The position numbers and the translations under genes are program-made. A stretch of DNA of 64,000 nt from an uncultured delta proteobacterium (GTDB taxonomy: Bacteria; Desulfobacterota; Binatia; UBA9968): positions 1,088,001 to 1,152,000 of the forward strand of contig CAVUVW010000013.1 of the NCBI GenBank assembly GCA_963745035.1. Reading direction: 5' to 3'. The first letter of the stretch is position 1. Each line of letters starts with the position of its first letter. The notes under the pieces are model-generated. The model was not told the DNA's origin, searched no databases, and was given only the letters and a program-made list of their open reading frames with translations. Positions 9,569 through 20,344 of this stretch are shown piece after piece.

Positions 9569-10428
9569 ATGTTCTACTTGATTCAATTATTAAACGCGGT
9601 CCAATACGGCCTACTGCTATTCCTCTTGTCGAGCGGCTTGACCTTGATCTTCGGCATCATGGGCGTGATCAATCTGGCGCACGGCAGCTTTTACATGGTC
9701 GGCGCCTATCTCGCCTTTTGGCTCGCCAAGCTGACCGGCAGCCTGTGGCTCGCACTGCCGCTCGCCGTCGTGATCGCCTTTGCCGTCGGCTTGCTGCTCG
9801 AGACGGCGATTTTCAGCCGGCTTTACCGGCGCGATCATCTCTATCAAGTCCTGCTCACCTTCGGACTGATTTTGATCTTCGAGGAGCTGCGCAGCATTTT
9901 GTTCGGCGACGACGTCCACGGAGTGGCGGTGCCGGCGCTGCTCGATTTTTCCATCCCGCTGACCGACACGCTTTCCTATCCGGTGTACCGTTTGTTCGTT
10001 ACCTTAGTTTGTTTGGTCATCGCCGGCCTGATGTATTTCGTGATCCATAGAACGCGAATCGGCATGATGCATTCGCGCCGGCAACAGCAATCGCGAGATG
10101 GCGGCAGTCGCTCGGCGTCAATTTGCCGCTGCTGTTCGCCTTGGTCTTCGCCTCCGGCGTGGCGCTCGCCGCCTTCGCCGGCGCGGTCGCCGCGCCGATC
10201 TCCTCGGTGTTTCCCGGCATGGGCAATCAGATCCTGATCCTCTGCTTCGTCGTCGTGGTCATCGGCGGCATCGGCTCGATCAACGGCGCGCTGATCGCGT
10301 CGCTCGCCGTCGGCCTTGCCGACACCCTCGGCAAAGTGATCGCCGCGGAGTACTCGGCCATCGCCGTCTATCTGGTGATGGCCATCATACTTTTGTGGCG
10401 GCCCCAAGGTATCGCCAACCGAGCCTGA
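9569..10428 (+). CDS. livH: LivH-like ABC permease (frameshifted near 10070-10110)
   Basis: GLTLIFGIMGVINLAHGSFYMVGAY; C-terminal VVVVIGGIGS..LLWRPQG in a second frame. Confidence 0.88.
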
Positions 10429-10433
10429 CTGCC

Positions 10434-11432
10434 GTGCCGAATATCTCGCTCCCGCGCGCCCCTCTGCTCGTTGCGCTCGCGCTGCTCGTCCTTTTTCCCC
10501 TCATAGGCAGTACGTTCTACCTGCAGCTCGGCGCCAAGATCATGATCATGGCGATCTTCGCGCTCAGTCTCGATCTCCTCGTCGGCCATGCCGGGATGGT
10601 GAGTCTCGGCCACGCCGCCTACTTCGGCGTGGCGGCGTACACCTTGGCGCTGCTTTCGCCGAAGTACGAAGCCGCCGCTCTATGGATCACGCTGCCGGCG
10701 GCCATGGCCGTCGCCGCGCTCGCGGCGTTGGTCGTCGGCTTCTTGGTCGTGCGCACCGCCGGCGTCTATTTCATCATGGTGACCCTCGCCTTCGCGCAGA
10801 TGATCTATGCGGTTTTTCACGACACGAAAATCGCCGGCGGCTCGGACGGCATCTACATCATGGTCCGTCCCGAGTTGAACATGATGGGATTCAAGCCGCT
10901 CAATTTGGAAAATTCTGCCGAGTTCTATTATCTCGCGCTGCTGTTCTTGGCGCTGGTATTTTGGTTTCTCGACCGCCTGCTGCGCGCGCCGTTTGGCCGC
11001 GCCCTCGCCGGCATCCGGATCAACGAACAGCGCATGCGCTCCATCGGCTATCCGGTCTTCGCCTACAAGCTCGGCGCCTTCGTGCTTGCGGGCGCGCTGG
11101 CGGGCCTTTCCGGATACCTCGCGGCTTGCCAGTTCGGCTTTGTCAATCCCGACATTCTCGCCTGGCACCAGTCGGGCATCGTGCTGATGATGATCATCCT
11201 GGGCGGCATGGGCCGCCTCCATGGCGCGGTGCTTGGCGCCTTCGCCTACGTGTTCTTGCAGGAAATATTTTCCGCGCCGGCGCTCCTCGGCGCCTATGCC
11301 AAACATTGGCAGCTCGCGATGGGCACCTTGCTCGTCGTGATCGTGGTGGCGCTGCCGCACGGCGTCGGCGGCTTTGTCGATATTTTCTTGCGCTCCGCCG
11401 TTCGACGCCACGGCGATGTGGCTGGAGGCTGA
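10434..11432 (+). CDS. livM: LivM-like ABC permease
   Basis: SLDLLVGHAGMVSLGHAAYFG, YFIMVTLAFAQ and MIILGGMG. Confidence 0.9.
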   Translation: MPNISLPRAPLLVALALLVLFPLIGSTFYLQLGAKIMIMAIFALSLDLLVGHAGMVSLGHAAYFGVAAYTLALLSPKYEAAALWITLPAAMAVAALAALVVGFLVVRTAGVYFIMVTLAFAQMIYAVFHDTKIAGGSDGIYIMVRPELNMMGFKPLNLENSAEFYYLALLFLALVFWFLDRLLRAPFGRALAGIRINEQRMRSIGYPVFAYKLGAFVLAGALAGLSGYLAACQFGFVNPDILAWHQSGIVLMMIILGGMGRLHGAVLGAFAYVFLQEIFSAPALLGAYAKHWQLAMGTLLVVIVVALPHGVGGFVDIFLRSAVRRHGDVAGG

Positions 11433-12193
11433 TGAGCGACGCGATCCTGCAAGTCGAAAAACTCTGCAAAACTTTCAGCGGCCTTGCCGCCGTCGACGGA
11501 GTCTCGCTCGAAGTCAGAAGCGCCGAGCTGCACGCGATCATCGGACCCAACGGCGCCGGCAAAACGACCTTGATCAATCTCCTGTCCGGCGATCTGCCAG
11601 CAAGCTCCGGCACGATCTTGTTTCGCGGCGACGAGATCTCCGGTTTGCCGCCGGAGCGCCGCTCGCGCCTGGGCATCGGCCGCAGTTACCAGAAGACCAA
11701 TATCTTTCCGGCCTTCAGCGCGTTGGAAAACTGCCGCCTTGCGGCCCAGTCGCGCTCGCCCCGAGCGCTCAATTGGCTGCGCGATGCGCGCTCCTACGAA
11801 GACATCATGATCCAGGCTCGCGGCGCGCTCGAAGCCGTCGGTCTGGCGGATCGCGCCGGCGAGCCGGCACTGGCGCTGAGCCACGGCGAGCAGCGCCAAC
11901 TCGAGATCGCCATGTGTCTGGCTACCGAGCCGCAACTCCTGCTGCTCGACGAGCCGCTTGCCGGGATGGGCGCGGAAGAGTCTGCGAAAATGATCGAGCT
12001 CATCGCCAAGCTCGCCGCGAGCCACGCGGTTCTGCTCGTCGAGCACGACATGGACGCGGTGTTTCAATTGGCGAAGGTGCTCACCGTCATGGCCAACGGC
12101 AAGGTGTTGGCGAGCGGTACGCCCGAAGAGATTCGCGCCAACCGCGAAGTTCAGGTAGCCTATCTCGGCGCCGTCGAAGACTTGCCGCCATGA
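11432..12193 (+). CDS. livG: LivG-like ABC ATP-binding protein
   Basis: GPNGAGKTT, LSHGEQRQLE, LLLDEP and VEHDMD. Confidence 0.92.
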   Translation: MSDAILQVEKLCKTFSGLAAVDGVSLEVRSAELHAIIGPNGAGKTTLINLLSGDLPASSGTILFRGDEISGLPPERRSRLGIGRSYQKTNIFPAFSALENCRLAAQSRSPRALNWLRDARSYEDIMIQARGALEAVGLADRAGEPALALSHGEQRQLEIAMCLATEPQLLLLDEPLAGMGAEESAKMIELIAKLAASHAVLLVEHDMDAVFQLAKVLTVMANGKVLASGTPEEIRANREVQVAYLGAVEDLPP

Positions 12194-12903
12194 CCACGCC
12201 GATCATCGAAGCGCGCGGGCTGCACGCCTATTACGGCGCCAGTCATGTTTTGCAGGGCATCGATTTGACGGTCCATGCCGGCGAAGCCATCGGCTTGATG
12301 GGCCGAAACGGCATGGGCAAGACCACCTTGCTCCGCACCATGCTCGGCCAAGTGCCGGCGCGCCGCGGCGACGTGAAGATCAACGGTAAAAACTTGACGA
12401 ATTCGGCGCCGCACCGCATCGTCCGCGAGGGCATCGGCTACGTGCCGGAGGGACGCGGGATTTTTCCCAATCTCACGGTGAGAGAAAATCTCGTAATGGC
12501 GGCGCGCTCAAGCCGCGACGGAAAGCAGGCGTGGACGTACGAGCGCGTACTGGAAATTTTCCCGCGGCTAGCCGAACGGCTTTCCCATGGCGGGCACCAG
12601 CTCTCCGGCGGCGAGCAGCAAATGCTCGCCATCGGCCGCGCGCTGATGACCAATCCCGACCTGCTCATTCTCGACGAGGCGACCGAGGGACTGGCGCCGC
12701 TGATCGCCCGGGAAATCTGGCGCATTCTCCGCGCCGTCCGCGAATCCGGCATCGCCGCCATCATCGTCGACAAGAACTTCAACGCTGTCTCCGCCCTTAC
12801 CGACCGCAATTTGATTTTGGTCAAGGGTAGCGTCGTGTTCGAAGGAAGCTGCGACGAATTGCGCGCCAGACCCGAGATCCTGCAACAGCACTTGGGGATT
12901 TAA
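12190..12903 (+). CDS. livF: LivF-like ABC ATP-binding protein
   Basis: GRNGMGKTT, VPEGRGIFPNLTV, LSGGEQQML and LDEATEGLAP. Confidence 0.92.
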   Translation: MTTPIIEARGLHAYYGASHVLQGIDLTVHAGEAIGLMGRNGMGKTTLLRTMLGQVPARRGDVKINGKNLTNSAPHRIVREGIGYVPEGRGIFPNLTVRENLVMAARSSRDGKQAWTYERVLEIFPRLAERLSHGGHQLSGGEQQMLAIGRALMTNPDLLILDEATEGLAPLIAREIWRILRAVRESGIAAIIVDKNFNAVSALTDRNLILVKGSVVFEGSCDELRARPEILQQHLGI

Positions 12904-12995
12904 ACAAAACGCAACGCCACCGTGCATAGATGCATCAGCCGAGCGCAACCCCTCGCCGGTTGCGCTCGGCTAATGACATCGTGTCCAAACGGGCC

Positions 12996-13652
12996 TCAGT
13001 CTTTCGGTTGAGAAACAACCCGCAGGTACGGTTTGAGCGTCTTAAATCCCTGCGGGTATTTCTTCTTTGCGTCTTCGTCGGAAACCGATGTCGGGATGAT
13101 CACATCCTGACCGGGTTTCCAGTTGACGGGTGTTGCGACCGTATGCTTCGTGGTAAGCTGCAACGAGTCGAGCAGCCGCAACACTTCGTCGAAGTTACGG
13201 CCGGTGCTCATTGGATATACGAGCATGGCTTTGATCTTTTTGTCCGGCCCGATGAGAAATACGGAGCGGCACGTTTGATTATCCATTGCCGTGCGCTTTC
13301 CGGGATTCTCGCTGGCCGGGAGCATGTCGTAGAGCTTCGCCACCGTTAGATCGGCATCGCCAATGATCGGGTAATTCGGCGCGTGTCCCTGAGTCTCCTG
13401 AATATCCTTCGCCCATCCTTTATGATCGGTCACAGGATCCACGCTCAGCCCGATGATTTTGCAGTTGCGCTTGTCGAATTCCGGTTTGAGGCCGGCCATG
13501 TAACCGAGCTCGGTAGTGCAAACCGGCGTATAGTCCTTGGGGTGCGAGAACAAAATTCCCCAGCTATTGCCGAGCCAGTCGTGAAAGTTAATTTTCCCTT
13601 CGCTGGTATCCGCCGAAAAATCCGGCGCGACGTCGCCTAATCTGATAGCCAT
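12996..13652 (-). CDS. 1-Cys peroxiredoxin (Prx6 subfamily)
   Basis: FSHPKDYTPVCTTE, YPMSTGRNFDE and ATPVNWKPG. Confidence 0.96.
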   Translation of the reverse strand: MAIRLGDVAPDFSADTSEGKINFHDWLGNSWGILFSHPKDYTPVCTTELGYMAGLKPEFDKRNCKIIGLSVDPVTDHKGWAKDIQETQGHAPNYPIIGDADLTVAKLYDMLPASENPGKRTAMDNQTCRSVFLIGPDKKIKAMLVYPMSTGRNFDEVLRLLDSLQLTTKHTVATPVNWKPGQDVIIPTSVSDEDAKKKYPQGFKTLKPYLRVVSQPKD

Positions 13653-13848
13653 ACCATTCTCCTTTCAGCACATCATACTACTTGCAGGGGTAGCGCGAAT
13701 AGTAACTTCGGTCAACACACCAAACGCGCTTAATCGCAGTTTAACTTTGACCGCGGGCCGGTCATTCGGAACCGTTCCACGCTCGTATCTGCCCTACATC
13801 CACGGTGCAAATGACAGCGAATTGCGTGGAAGCGCTTAACTCGTGGCG

Positions 13849-14832
13849 CTATCGTTTGGGCAGGTCCTTGATGGCTTCATTCAAATAACTTTGGTCGACG
13901 TATTTCGACAGGCTCGTGAGCGGTCCCTTGGCGCCGACCTGCTCCATGTAAATCCGAATCGCATAGTCGGTGCCCCTTAGACTTAGGTCGGCGTCAGGAT
14001 GCCAGATTTGATGCTGGGTGTAATATTCCCATCCACGGCGCGCGTGAGCCGGCTTGAGCTGCATTTCTCGAGCGAGAAAATCAACGGCGGCATCCTTGTT
14101 TTCGTAAATCCAGCGATGAGTAAGCGCGAGGGCTTTCATAAAGCGCACCGCCAGAGAGCGGTTCTTTTCCGCCCACGATTTCTTCATAGCCAAGGCACCC
14201 AGCTCGTACTCCGGAATCGCATCGATGAGCCGCCCAACGACATTGAAACCCGCCTCCTCCGCGGCATAGTTGAGCGGGATCGCCACTGTGGTCGCCGCAA
14301 TCTGGCCGGACTGCAACGCCGCCAGATTGGCGGATGAACCTCCGGCGATGACGAGAATTTTGTAATCGCGAGGATACTCCAGGCCCTTGAGCCGGAGGGC
14401 CTGCTTCAATGCCGTGACCGTGCCGCTCGTCAACGAAGAAGATCCGAATACGGCGCCGCGCAGATCCTCGATGCTCTTGTACTTCTTAGCGGCGATAATG
14501 TCGTGAGTGAGACCATTGATGACCCCGCCGGTCATGACCAAATCAAGGCCGCGCTCGGTCGCTTCGTAAAACGCTTCGGGGCCACCCGAGCCGACTTGCA
14601 AAGATCCAGCGGCAAGTGCTTGAACGTTCATCGGCGTGCCGCGGAGTAGCACGAGCTGGCCATCCAAACCCTGCTGCTCGAGAAAGCCGCGCTTCACTGC
14701 GGCCCACAACGGACCGTATCCAAGCGTTTTGCTCGATGAACCAAAATATATCTTGGGCTTGTCTTGTGCCCCCGCTGAAGAAGATGCCAACGCGAAAAGT
14801 AGAACCGGCAGCACGACTCGAAGAAAACTCAT
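13849..14832 (-). CDS. ABC transporter substrate-binding protein (NMT1/THI5-like)
   Basis: Signal peptide; shares SSKTLGY, LKGLEYPRDYK and GGSSANLAALQSGQIAATTVA with 4020-5006. Confidence 0.9.
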   Translation of the reverse strand: MSFLRVVLPVLLFALASSSAGAQDKPKIYFGSSSKTLGYGPLWAAVKRGFLEQQGLDGQLVLLRGTPMNVQALAAGSLQVGSGGPEAFYEATERGLDLVMTGGVINGLTHDIIAAKKYKSIEDLRGAVFGSSSLTSGTVTALKQALRLKGLEYPRDYKILVIAGGSSANLAALQSGQIAATTVAIPLNYAAEEAGFNVVGRLIDAIPEYELGALAMKKSWAEKNRSLAVRFMKALALTHRWIYENKDAAVDFLAREMQLKPAHARRGWEYYTQHQIWHPDADLSLRGTDYAIRIYMEQVGAKGPLTSLSKYVDQSYLNEAIKDLPKR

Positions 14833-14912
14833 CCCTGTCCTCCTGTTCGGAATCCTGGCTGGGGCACGCGGCATCGAGCGGTGCGACCGAGGGCTAATTG
14901 AGGTCGTCGTGC

Positions 14913-16016
14913 TTACGGATGCACGCTTTCGAGAAACCAGTCGGTGGGAATTTCCCGTCCAGCGCCCTTTGCCCTGGCTTGCTGCAACACAGCGGCGCCG
15001 ACGGCGGCGAACTGCAGGCCGATGCCGATGTTATTGAGAAAGCAGGTCGATTCCTGAGCGTCGGCGCGGCCCTGCGCCTTGCCGGTCACCAAGTCTTTGA
15101 GCTCCGGCGCCGACAGCCAGAACGGGTGCTCGACCTTGACCTCGTGCGCGCGGGCCGGACCCTTGCCGATCACATCGATGGCATCATGCGCTTCGATGCC
15201 TTCTTCGCCGAAGCCGGCGATGTAATTTTTCGGCGCATGCTGGTGCGCGTGAATCACCAGCCGGTCGATGCGACGAATCGTTTCATCGCCGAGCTCCGGC
15301 ACGCGCACGCAGGTGAGATGAAGCCCCGGCTTTACCCAGTCGGCGCTCACCACCTGCGTGAGAGAATTCGTCGTCGCGGCGATGATGTCGGCGTCCCTGA
15401 TCGCCTCTTCCGGCGTTTCCACGGCGCGCACCTCGGCTTCGACTTTGGGCTGCATTTCTTTGACGAACGCCTCGAGATTGGCCCGGGTCGGGCTGAACAC
15501 GTTGATCCGCTTGATCGGGCGCACGGCGCACATCGCCGGCAAGTGGCTGCCGGCCTGCCAACCCGAGCCGAACAGCGCCAAGGTGCTCGCGTCCTCGCGC
15601 GCCAGGTAGCGCGCCGCCAAGGCGCTGCTCGACGCCACGCGCATTCTTTGCACGACACCGTCGGGAAAAATCGCCAGCGGCTCGCCCGTCGTCGTGGAAA
15701 ACAACATGACGAGGCCGACGTATTTATCGCCGGGCGCCGAGGGAATCTTGGTTTTGATCACGCGACTCCCCTGCCGGTTCCAGCGAATGATGTCCGAGTT
15801 GATGCGCATGGCGACGATCGGCGGATCGTAAAGTCCCGCTTCCATCGATTTGAACGCGTACACGCCGGACTCCGTCGCCGAGGGCATGACCAGATCGGTG
15901 CGCGGCCGGTTGATCGCCGTGCCCTTCTCCCAGCTCCGGTACGCGCCTTCAAGCGCGTCGATGCATGTGCGGATGGTCAAGAACGACTCGATGTCTTCAT
16001 TGCTGAGAATAAGCAT
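14913..16016 (-). CDS. Ornithine cyclodeaminase/mu-crystallin family protein
   Basis: LFSTTTGEPLA, MRVASSSALAARYLAREDA, FGSGWQA and GIGLQFAA. Confidence 0.9.
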   Translation of the reverse strand: MLILSNEDIESFLTIRTCIDALEGAYRSWEKGTAINRPRTDLVMPSATESGVYAFKSMEAGLYDPPIVAMRINSDIIRWNRQGSRVIKTKIPSAPGDKYVGLVMLFSTTTGEPLAIFPDGVVQRMRVASSSALAARYLAREDASTLALFGSGWQAGSHLPAMCAVRPIKRINVFSPTRANLEAFVKEMQPKVEAEVRAVETPEEAIRDADIIAATTNSLTQVVSADWVKPGLHLTCVRVPELGDETIRRIDRLVIHAHQHAPKNYIAGFGEEGIEAHDAIDVIGKGPARAHEVKVEHPFWLSAPELKDLVTGKAQGRADAQESTCFLNNIGIGLQFAAVGAAVLQQARAKGAGREIPTDWFLESVHP

Positions 16017-16122
16017 GCTGCTGGCATATCAACGCGCCACAGACTCGTCAAGAAAGCTGCGGCGGTAGTGGCTCATTGAGTGAAACCGCGCCGGTTTTTA
16101 AAGGCTGGCACTTGATTTGAAC

Positions 16123-16151
16123 TGTCATCCTGAGCGCCGGCGAAGGATCTG
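16123..16151 (+). repeat. Half copy of the TGTCAT-family REP-like element
   Basis: TGTCATCCTGAGCGCCGGCGAAGGATCTG. Confidence 0.6.
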
Positions 16152-16235
16152 TTTTTGAGTTGAATCACCAACGCGCCGGCGCTTTCTTGACTCGCGCGCT
16201 CGTCTTCGTCTAGTTTACGGCAGGAGGGCACGGTC

Positions 16236-17088
16236 ATGGCGGAACAAGATAGAGCAACCGTCGCGCTGCTTCATCCCGGCAACATGGGCGTCACCATCGG
16301 CGCGGCGGCCGCCGCCGGCGGCGCGCGCGTTCTGTGGGCGTCGAAAGACCGCGGCGCCGCCACTCGCCGCCGCGCCGAAGGAGCGAAGCTTATCGACGCG
16401 GGCGATCTGCCCGCGGCCGTAAGCCAGGCGCAGGTGGTCTTATCGGTCTGCCCGCCGCACGCCGCTCTCGATGTCGCGCGCGCGGTCGCGGCGGAGAAAT
16501 TCTCCGGCTTGTACGTCGATGCCAATGCCGTGTCGCGCGACACGGCGGAGGAAATCGGCAGGATCGTCGACGGCGCGGGAGCAAGCTTCGTCGACGGCGG
16601 CATCATCGGCTCGCCGGTCAAACAAGCGGGCACCACGCGGCTTTATCTCTCGGGAGCACGCGCCGCCGAAGTCGCCGCGCTGTTCCACGGCAGCATGCTC
16701 GACGCGCGCGCCATCGGCGCCGAACCCGGCGCCGCCTCGGCGTTGAAAGTCGCCTACGCCGCCTGGACCAAAGGCACCGATGCTTTGATTCTCGCGATCC
16801 GCGGCCTTCGCGGCTCATGAAGGGGTCGACAAAGCGCTGCTCGAAGAGTGGTCGATGTCCCAGCCGGCGCTGGAAAAAAAATGCGACCGGGCAGCGGCGG
16901 TCGCCGTGCCGAAGATGTGGCGCTACGTCGGCGAGATGCGCGAGATCGCGGAAGCTTTCGAGAGCGCGGGTCTGCCACCCGGCTTTCACCAGGCGGCGGC
17001 TGAAATCTGTGAACGGTTCGCCGCCTTCAAGGACCAGACCGAACCGGCACTTACGGTCGCCGAGGTCTTGCAGGCCTTGCAAGATTGA
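16236..17088 (+). CDS. NAD(P)-dependent oxidoreductase, 6PGDH/DUF1932-type (frameshift near 16800)
   Basis: LLHPGNMG, VDANAVS, FVDGGIIG and ASALKVAYAAWTKG; C-terminal PKMWRYVGEMREIA in the next frame. Confidence 0.88.
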
Positions 17089-17227
17089 TCGCATTTCAAT
17101 ATACCGGCGCAGGAAAAAAATTCCGTGCCTCTTCTACCGGCCGTGTTTTTTTGCCAAGCTTTAGGTAGAGGAAGACAGCGTTTGAATTAACTTCAAAGGA
17201 GATGCTGCCACCGAGCGCACTGACATC

Positions 17228-17555
17228 ATGGAAGACTTCGGCTACATCCTCTCGGAAGCTCCGCTTTTTGTTCTGATCATCTGGTCCGCCGTCAAGCTCA
17301 TCCGCTGGCGCCGTTCCCGCGAAAATCGACCTGGGTTTAGCGACAACGATAAGCACGTACTATTTCACGCCGCTCAGCATGCCCCCGAGCGACTGGCAAT
17401 TCTATCTGCGATTTTTCTTTGTCGTGATTGCGGGAACGGCTCTCGGATCGCTGCTCATTGTCCTCTTGGCTCCGTTCGGAGCGGCGATCTTGGCCGGAGT
17501 CCTTATTCTGACCAGCGCGGCCCTCGTGTATGGAATCATGCTAACCGACCGCTGA
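17228..17555 (+). CDS. Small hypothetical membrane protein (frameshift near 17335)
   Basis: Hydrophobic PLFVLIIWSAVKLI; another frame continues FFFVVIAGTALGSLLIVLLAPFGAAILAGVLILTSAALVYGIMLTDR*. Confidence 0.5.
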
Positions 17556-17602
17556 CTCCGGGCCAAAATGTCCTCAACGCATGGAGTTCTACAAGAGTCG
17601 AA

Positions 17603-18064
17603 CTAGTCTCGCACCTGCACGGTAATCTCATTTTCCACCGGGGCGTCCTGGCTGAGCGACGCGACGCCCACCGCGGCCCGCGTGTGCTGGCCGCGCTCGC
17701 CCCACAGCTGCACCAATAAATCGGATTCGCCGTTCGCCACCTTGGGCATATCGGTAAAGCCCGGCGCGACGTTCACATAGCTCAGCACTTTGACGATGCG
17801 CTCGACCTTATCGAGATCTCCCAAAGCCGCTTTCATCGTGGCGAGGTGGTTGAGCGCGCAATTGCGCGCCGCTTCATAGGCTTGTTCCAGGGTCACCGCC
17901 TCGCCGACCTTGCCGCGATATTTGAGCGCGCCGTTGATGCGGCCGATGTTTCCGCCGATAAACAACAGGTTGCCCACGCGCACGCAGCCGATGTAATTTG
18001 CCGCCGGCACCGGCGGATTCGGCAGCTCGTATCCCAGTTCCTTGAGCTTCTTCTCGATTTCCAT
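17603..18064 (-). CDS. RidA/YjgF/YER057c family protein
   Basis: PVPAANYIGCVRVGNLLF, VANGESDLL and GQHTRAAVGVASL; GGAGGAG RBS. Confidence 0.92.
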   Translation of the reverse strand: MEIEKKLKELGYELPNPPVPAANYIGCVRVGNLLFIGGNIGRINGALKYRGKVGEAVTLEQAYEAARNCALNHLATMKAALGDLDKVERIVKVLSYVNVAPGFTDMPKVANGESDLLVQLWGERGQHTRAAVGVASLSQDAPVENEITVQVRD

Positions 18065-18428
18065 GACTCCTCCTTCCTGCTTGAAACGAATGCCAACTCT
18101 AGTGGACTCTCGCGCATGGATGCAAGTTGAGGGGCGCGGGATATCCAGACTCGAAAATCTTGAGCGTAGAGTGCGGCCCCGGTCGTAACGCCTTGGCGAT
18201 AATCCCGGTTCCGGGACATCGTTCCGGCGGGAGTTTTTGTCATATTGACTATTAAGGAACGGAGCAATATCAAATAGCCATGACCTCCGGCCACGCCCGA
18301 AGCGCGCTCGATCGATGGCGGCGTCCTGGCGACGTTCTCCCTTCGAGCACGGCGGATCGAGGGTATCGGCGCGGCCCAATCGACGCACCCTCGGGCCCAT
18401 TCTCCGAGCCTGTAACGGTGCTTCATCA

Positions 18429-18444
18429 CGGCACGTCTAATGCG
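18429..18444 (+). promoter_or_regulatory. Putative sigma54 promoter
   Basis: CGGCACGTCTAATGCG = GG-N10-GC, ~65 bp upstream of ATG 18510. Confidence 0.5.
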
Positions 18445-18509
18445 GAAAGATCGCCAGGGATACCTCAGTTACCGACACAAACCTAAAGGGAAAAAAGGAG
18501 GAACAGCAG

Positions 18510-18716
18510 ATGAACACGTGGGAAGCCATTTTCAGTCAGAGCCCGGTCAACAATGGTTATTACAACGGCGAGAAGCTGCCGCAGGTCCATTGGGAGTGGC
18601 CGAAACGCACGTGGTTTCAGGCGCGCTTAAATCAGGTCCGCGAACTTGATCGTCCCTGGTCGGTGAAAAGCGCCAGGGAAGAGTTCCCGTCCGCGCGCCC
18701 GCTGCGCACGATGTAA
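18510..18716 (+). CDS. Small Trp-rich hypothetical protein (68 aa)
   Basis: Strong AGGAGG RBS before the ATG; isolated ORF with an upstream sigma54-like site. Confidence 0.65.
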   Translation: MNTWEAIFSQSPVNNGYYNGEKLPQVHWEWPKRTWFQARLNQVRELDRPWSVKSAREEFPSARPLRTM

Positions 18717-18996
18717 CCAGTTCGGATGAAAATCGTTTGAGGCCGGCGTCGGCGCCGGCATCCCGGCCGCTGCTCTGCATGAAAAGAGCAAGACGGACGG
18801 GTGTAATCGGCGCCGTGCCGGGAATAGCGGTTTCGAAGTTGGCGCCGCGTCGCCATTGTCGATCGGCACCGTTTGAATATCCCGCGAACCTTGAAAAATT
18901 GCATCCGTGATCTCTTTATTTGCAATCGCCTGCATTACCGGCGCACTCAGCGTCTAAAATACAGCAGCAAGGATCAGGGGCTGCGCCGCGGCGTTT

Positions 18997-19500
18997 TACG
19001 TCGCCTGCCAATTTGCCGGCGCGCTGCTGGGCGCGGCGGTCGCGGCGTTTCTTCTCTCATCTTGGATTTCTCACCCCGCGGTAAATTACGCCGTGACGGC
19101 GCCCGGCGCCGCCGGGATCTGGCCGGCGTTTTTTGCTGAAGTCGCGATCACGTTCCTGCTGATGACGGTGATCTTGCAGATCTCGAATCGCCCGCGGCTG
19201 CACAGGTTCACGGGCTTATGCGCCGGTTTGCTGGTGGCCGCCTACATCACCTTCGAAGCGCCGATTTCCGGTATGAGCATGAACCCAGCGCGCACCTTCG
19301 CTTCGGCCGTGCCCGCGCGCCAATGGTCCGATTTATGGATCTACTTCACTGCGCCCGTCATCGGCATGCTTGCGGCGCGGGAACTTTATATGCGAACTTG
19401 GGGCGCTTCACAGCCGGGCTGCGCCAAGCTACATCACGAAAATCCCATGCGCTGCATTTTTTGCGGCAAGCCCGGACGGAGCTTCCAGGAATCGCGGGCA
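18997..19500 (+). pseudogene. Aquaporin/MIP family, C-terminal half only
   Basis: YVACQFAGALLG...EAPISGMSMNPARTF...WIYFTAPVIG...CAKLHH..RCIFC; first NPA box and start codon not seen. Confidence 0.8.
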
Positions 19501-19513
19501 AGAAAGGATCCCC

Positions 19514-20131
19514 ATGAACCTGACGATCAACACAGTGGCAATCGGCCTATCGGCGGCGATTTACTTTTCCGGCTGCGCGGGTCTCCAAGTCGCCCGGCAG
19601 GTGCAAGCCGGACGCAACGCGCTGCAGACGGGAAGGCCGCAGGACGCCGTCGCCTTTCTGGCGCCGGCGGCGGAGAGCGATCCCGGTTATCGGATTCCTT
19701 ACCGCGTCGGCGTAGGCGTGTTGACCTATCTCGGCAGAGCCTACTACGAGAGTGGCAGAGACAAAGACGCTCAAGTCGCTTTGGAGAAGGCGCTGGGCCG
19801 CGATCCAAACGATCACTTGGCCCGCGTTTACCTCGGTCTTGCCCGCTTGCGCAGCGGCGAAACGACGCCGGGACGCAAGGATGTGGAAGCCGGCCTCAAA
19901 GGTCTTCATGAAACATTGGATTATCTTGCCGCGGACAGCATCTCCGGCCCTTTCTGGGATCCGGCCGGCACTCTCCGTTCTGAAATCAGGACGGCTCTCG
20001 CCGCCAAGGCCGCCGACGAGCTTTGGGTCGCCTCGGTCGAGCGGATCGGCCGCGAATTCGATGAAGAGATCGACGAGGCTCGGCGGGACGAGTCCCGGTC
20101 GCGCGAGCGCGGCAGCGGCGGCGGCGAATAA
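19514..20131 (+). CDS. TPR-containing lipoprotein
   Basis: Lipobox FSGC; YLGRAYYESG...ALEKALGRDPNDHLARVYLGLA TPR pattern; AAGGA RBS. Confidence 0.8.
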   Translation: MNLTINTVAIGLSAAIYFSGCAGLQVARQVQAGRNALQTGRPQDAVAFLAPAAESDPGYRIPYRVGVGVLTYLGRAYYESGRDKDAQVALEKALGRDPNDHLARVYLGLARLRSGETTPGRKDVEAGLKGLHETLDYLAADSISGPFWDPAGTLRSEIRTALAAKAADELWVASVERIGREFDEEIDEARRDESRSRERGSGGGE

Positions 20132-20344
20132 CGCCTATTTCGTGTAACCAAACTAAACGGCGGGAATTTACGCGAGCTGAACGTTGCGCGGCATGCTTGC
20201 GCCATTGGCCCGGCCTGAAAAGGACATGCCCTCTTCCGCCGCTCGATCAGGGATGTGGTGACCGCCGCGTTTCTCGCTCACAGCGCCACGCCATCTCCGA
20301 CCAATTCACGCAGGCTGATGCGCAATGATGAATCCTTATTCCGT

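Noticed and set aside
16107-16121. sigma54-like TGGCACTTGATTTGA
   Set aside because: The -12 element reads GA instead of the conserved GC.
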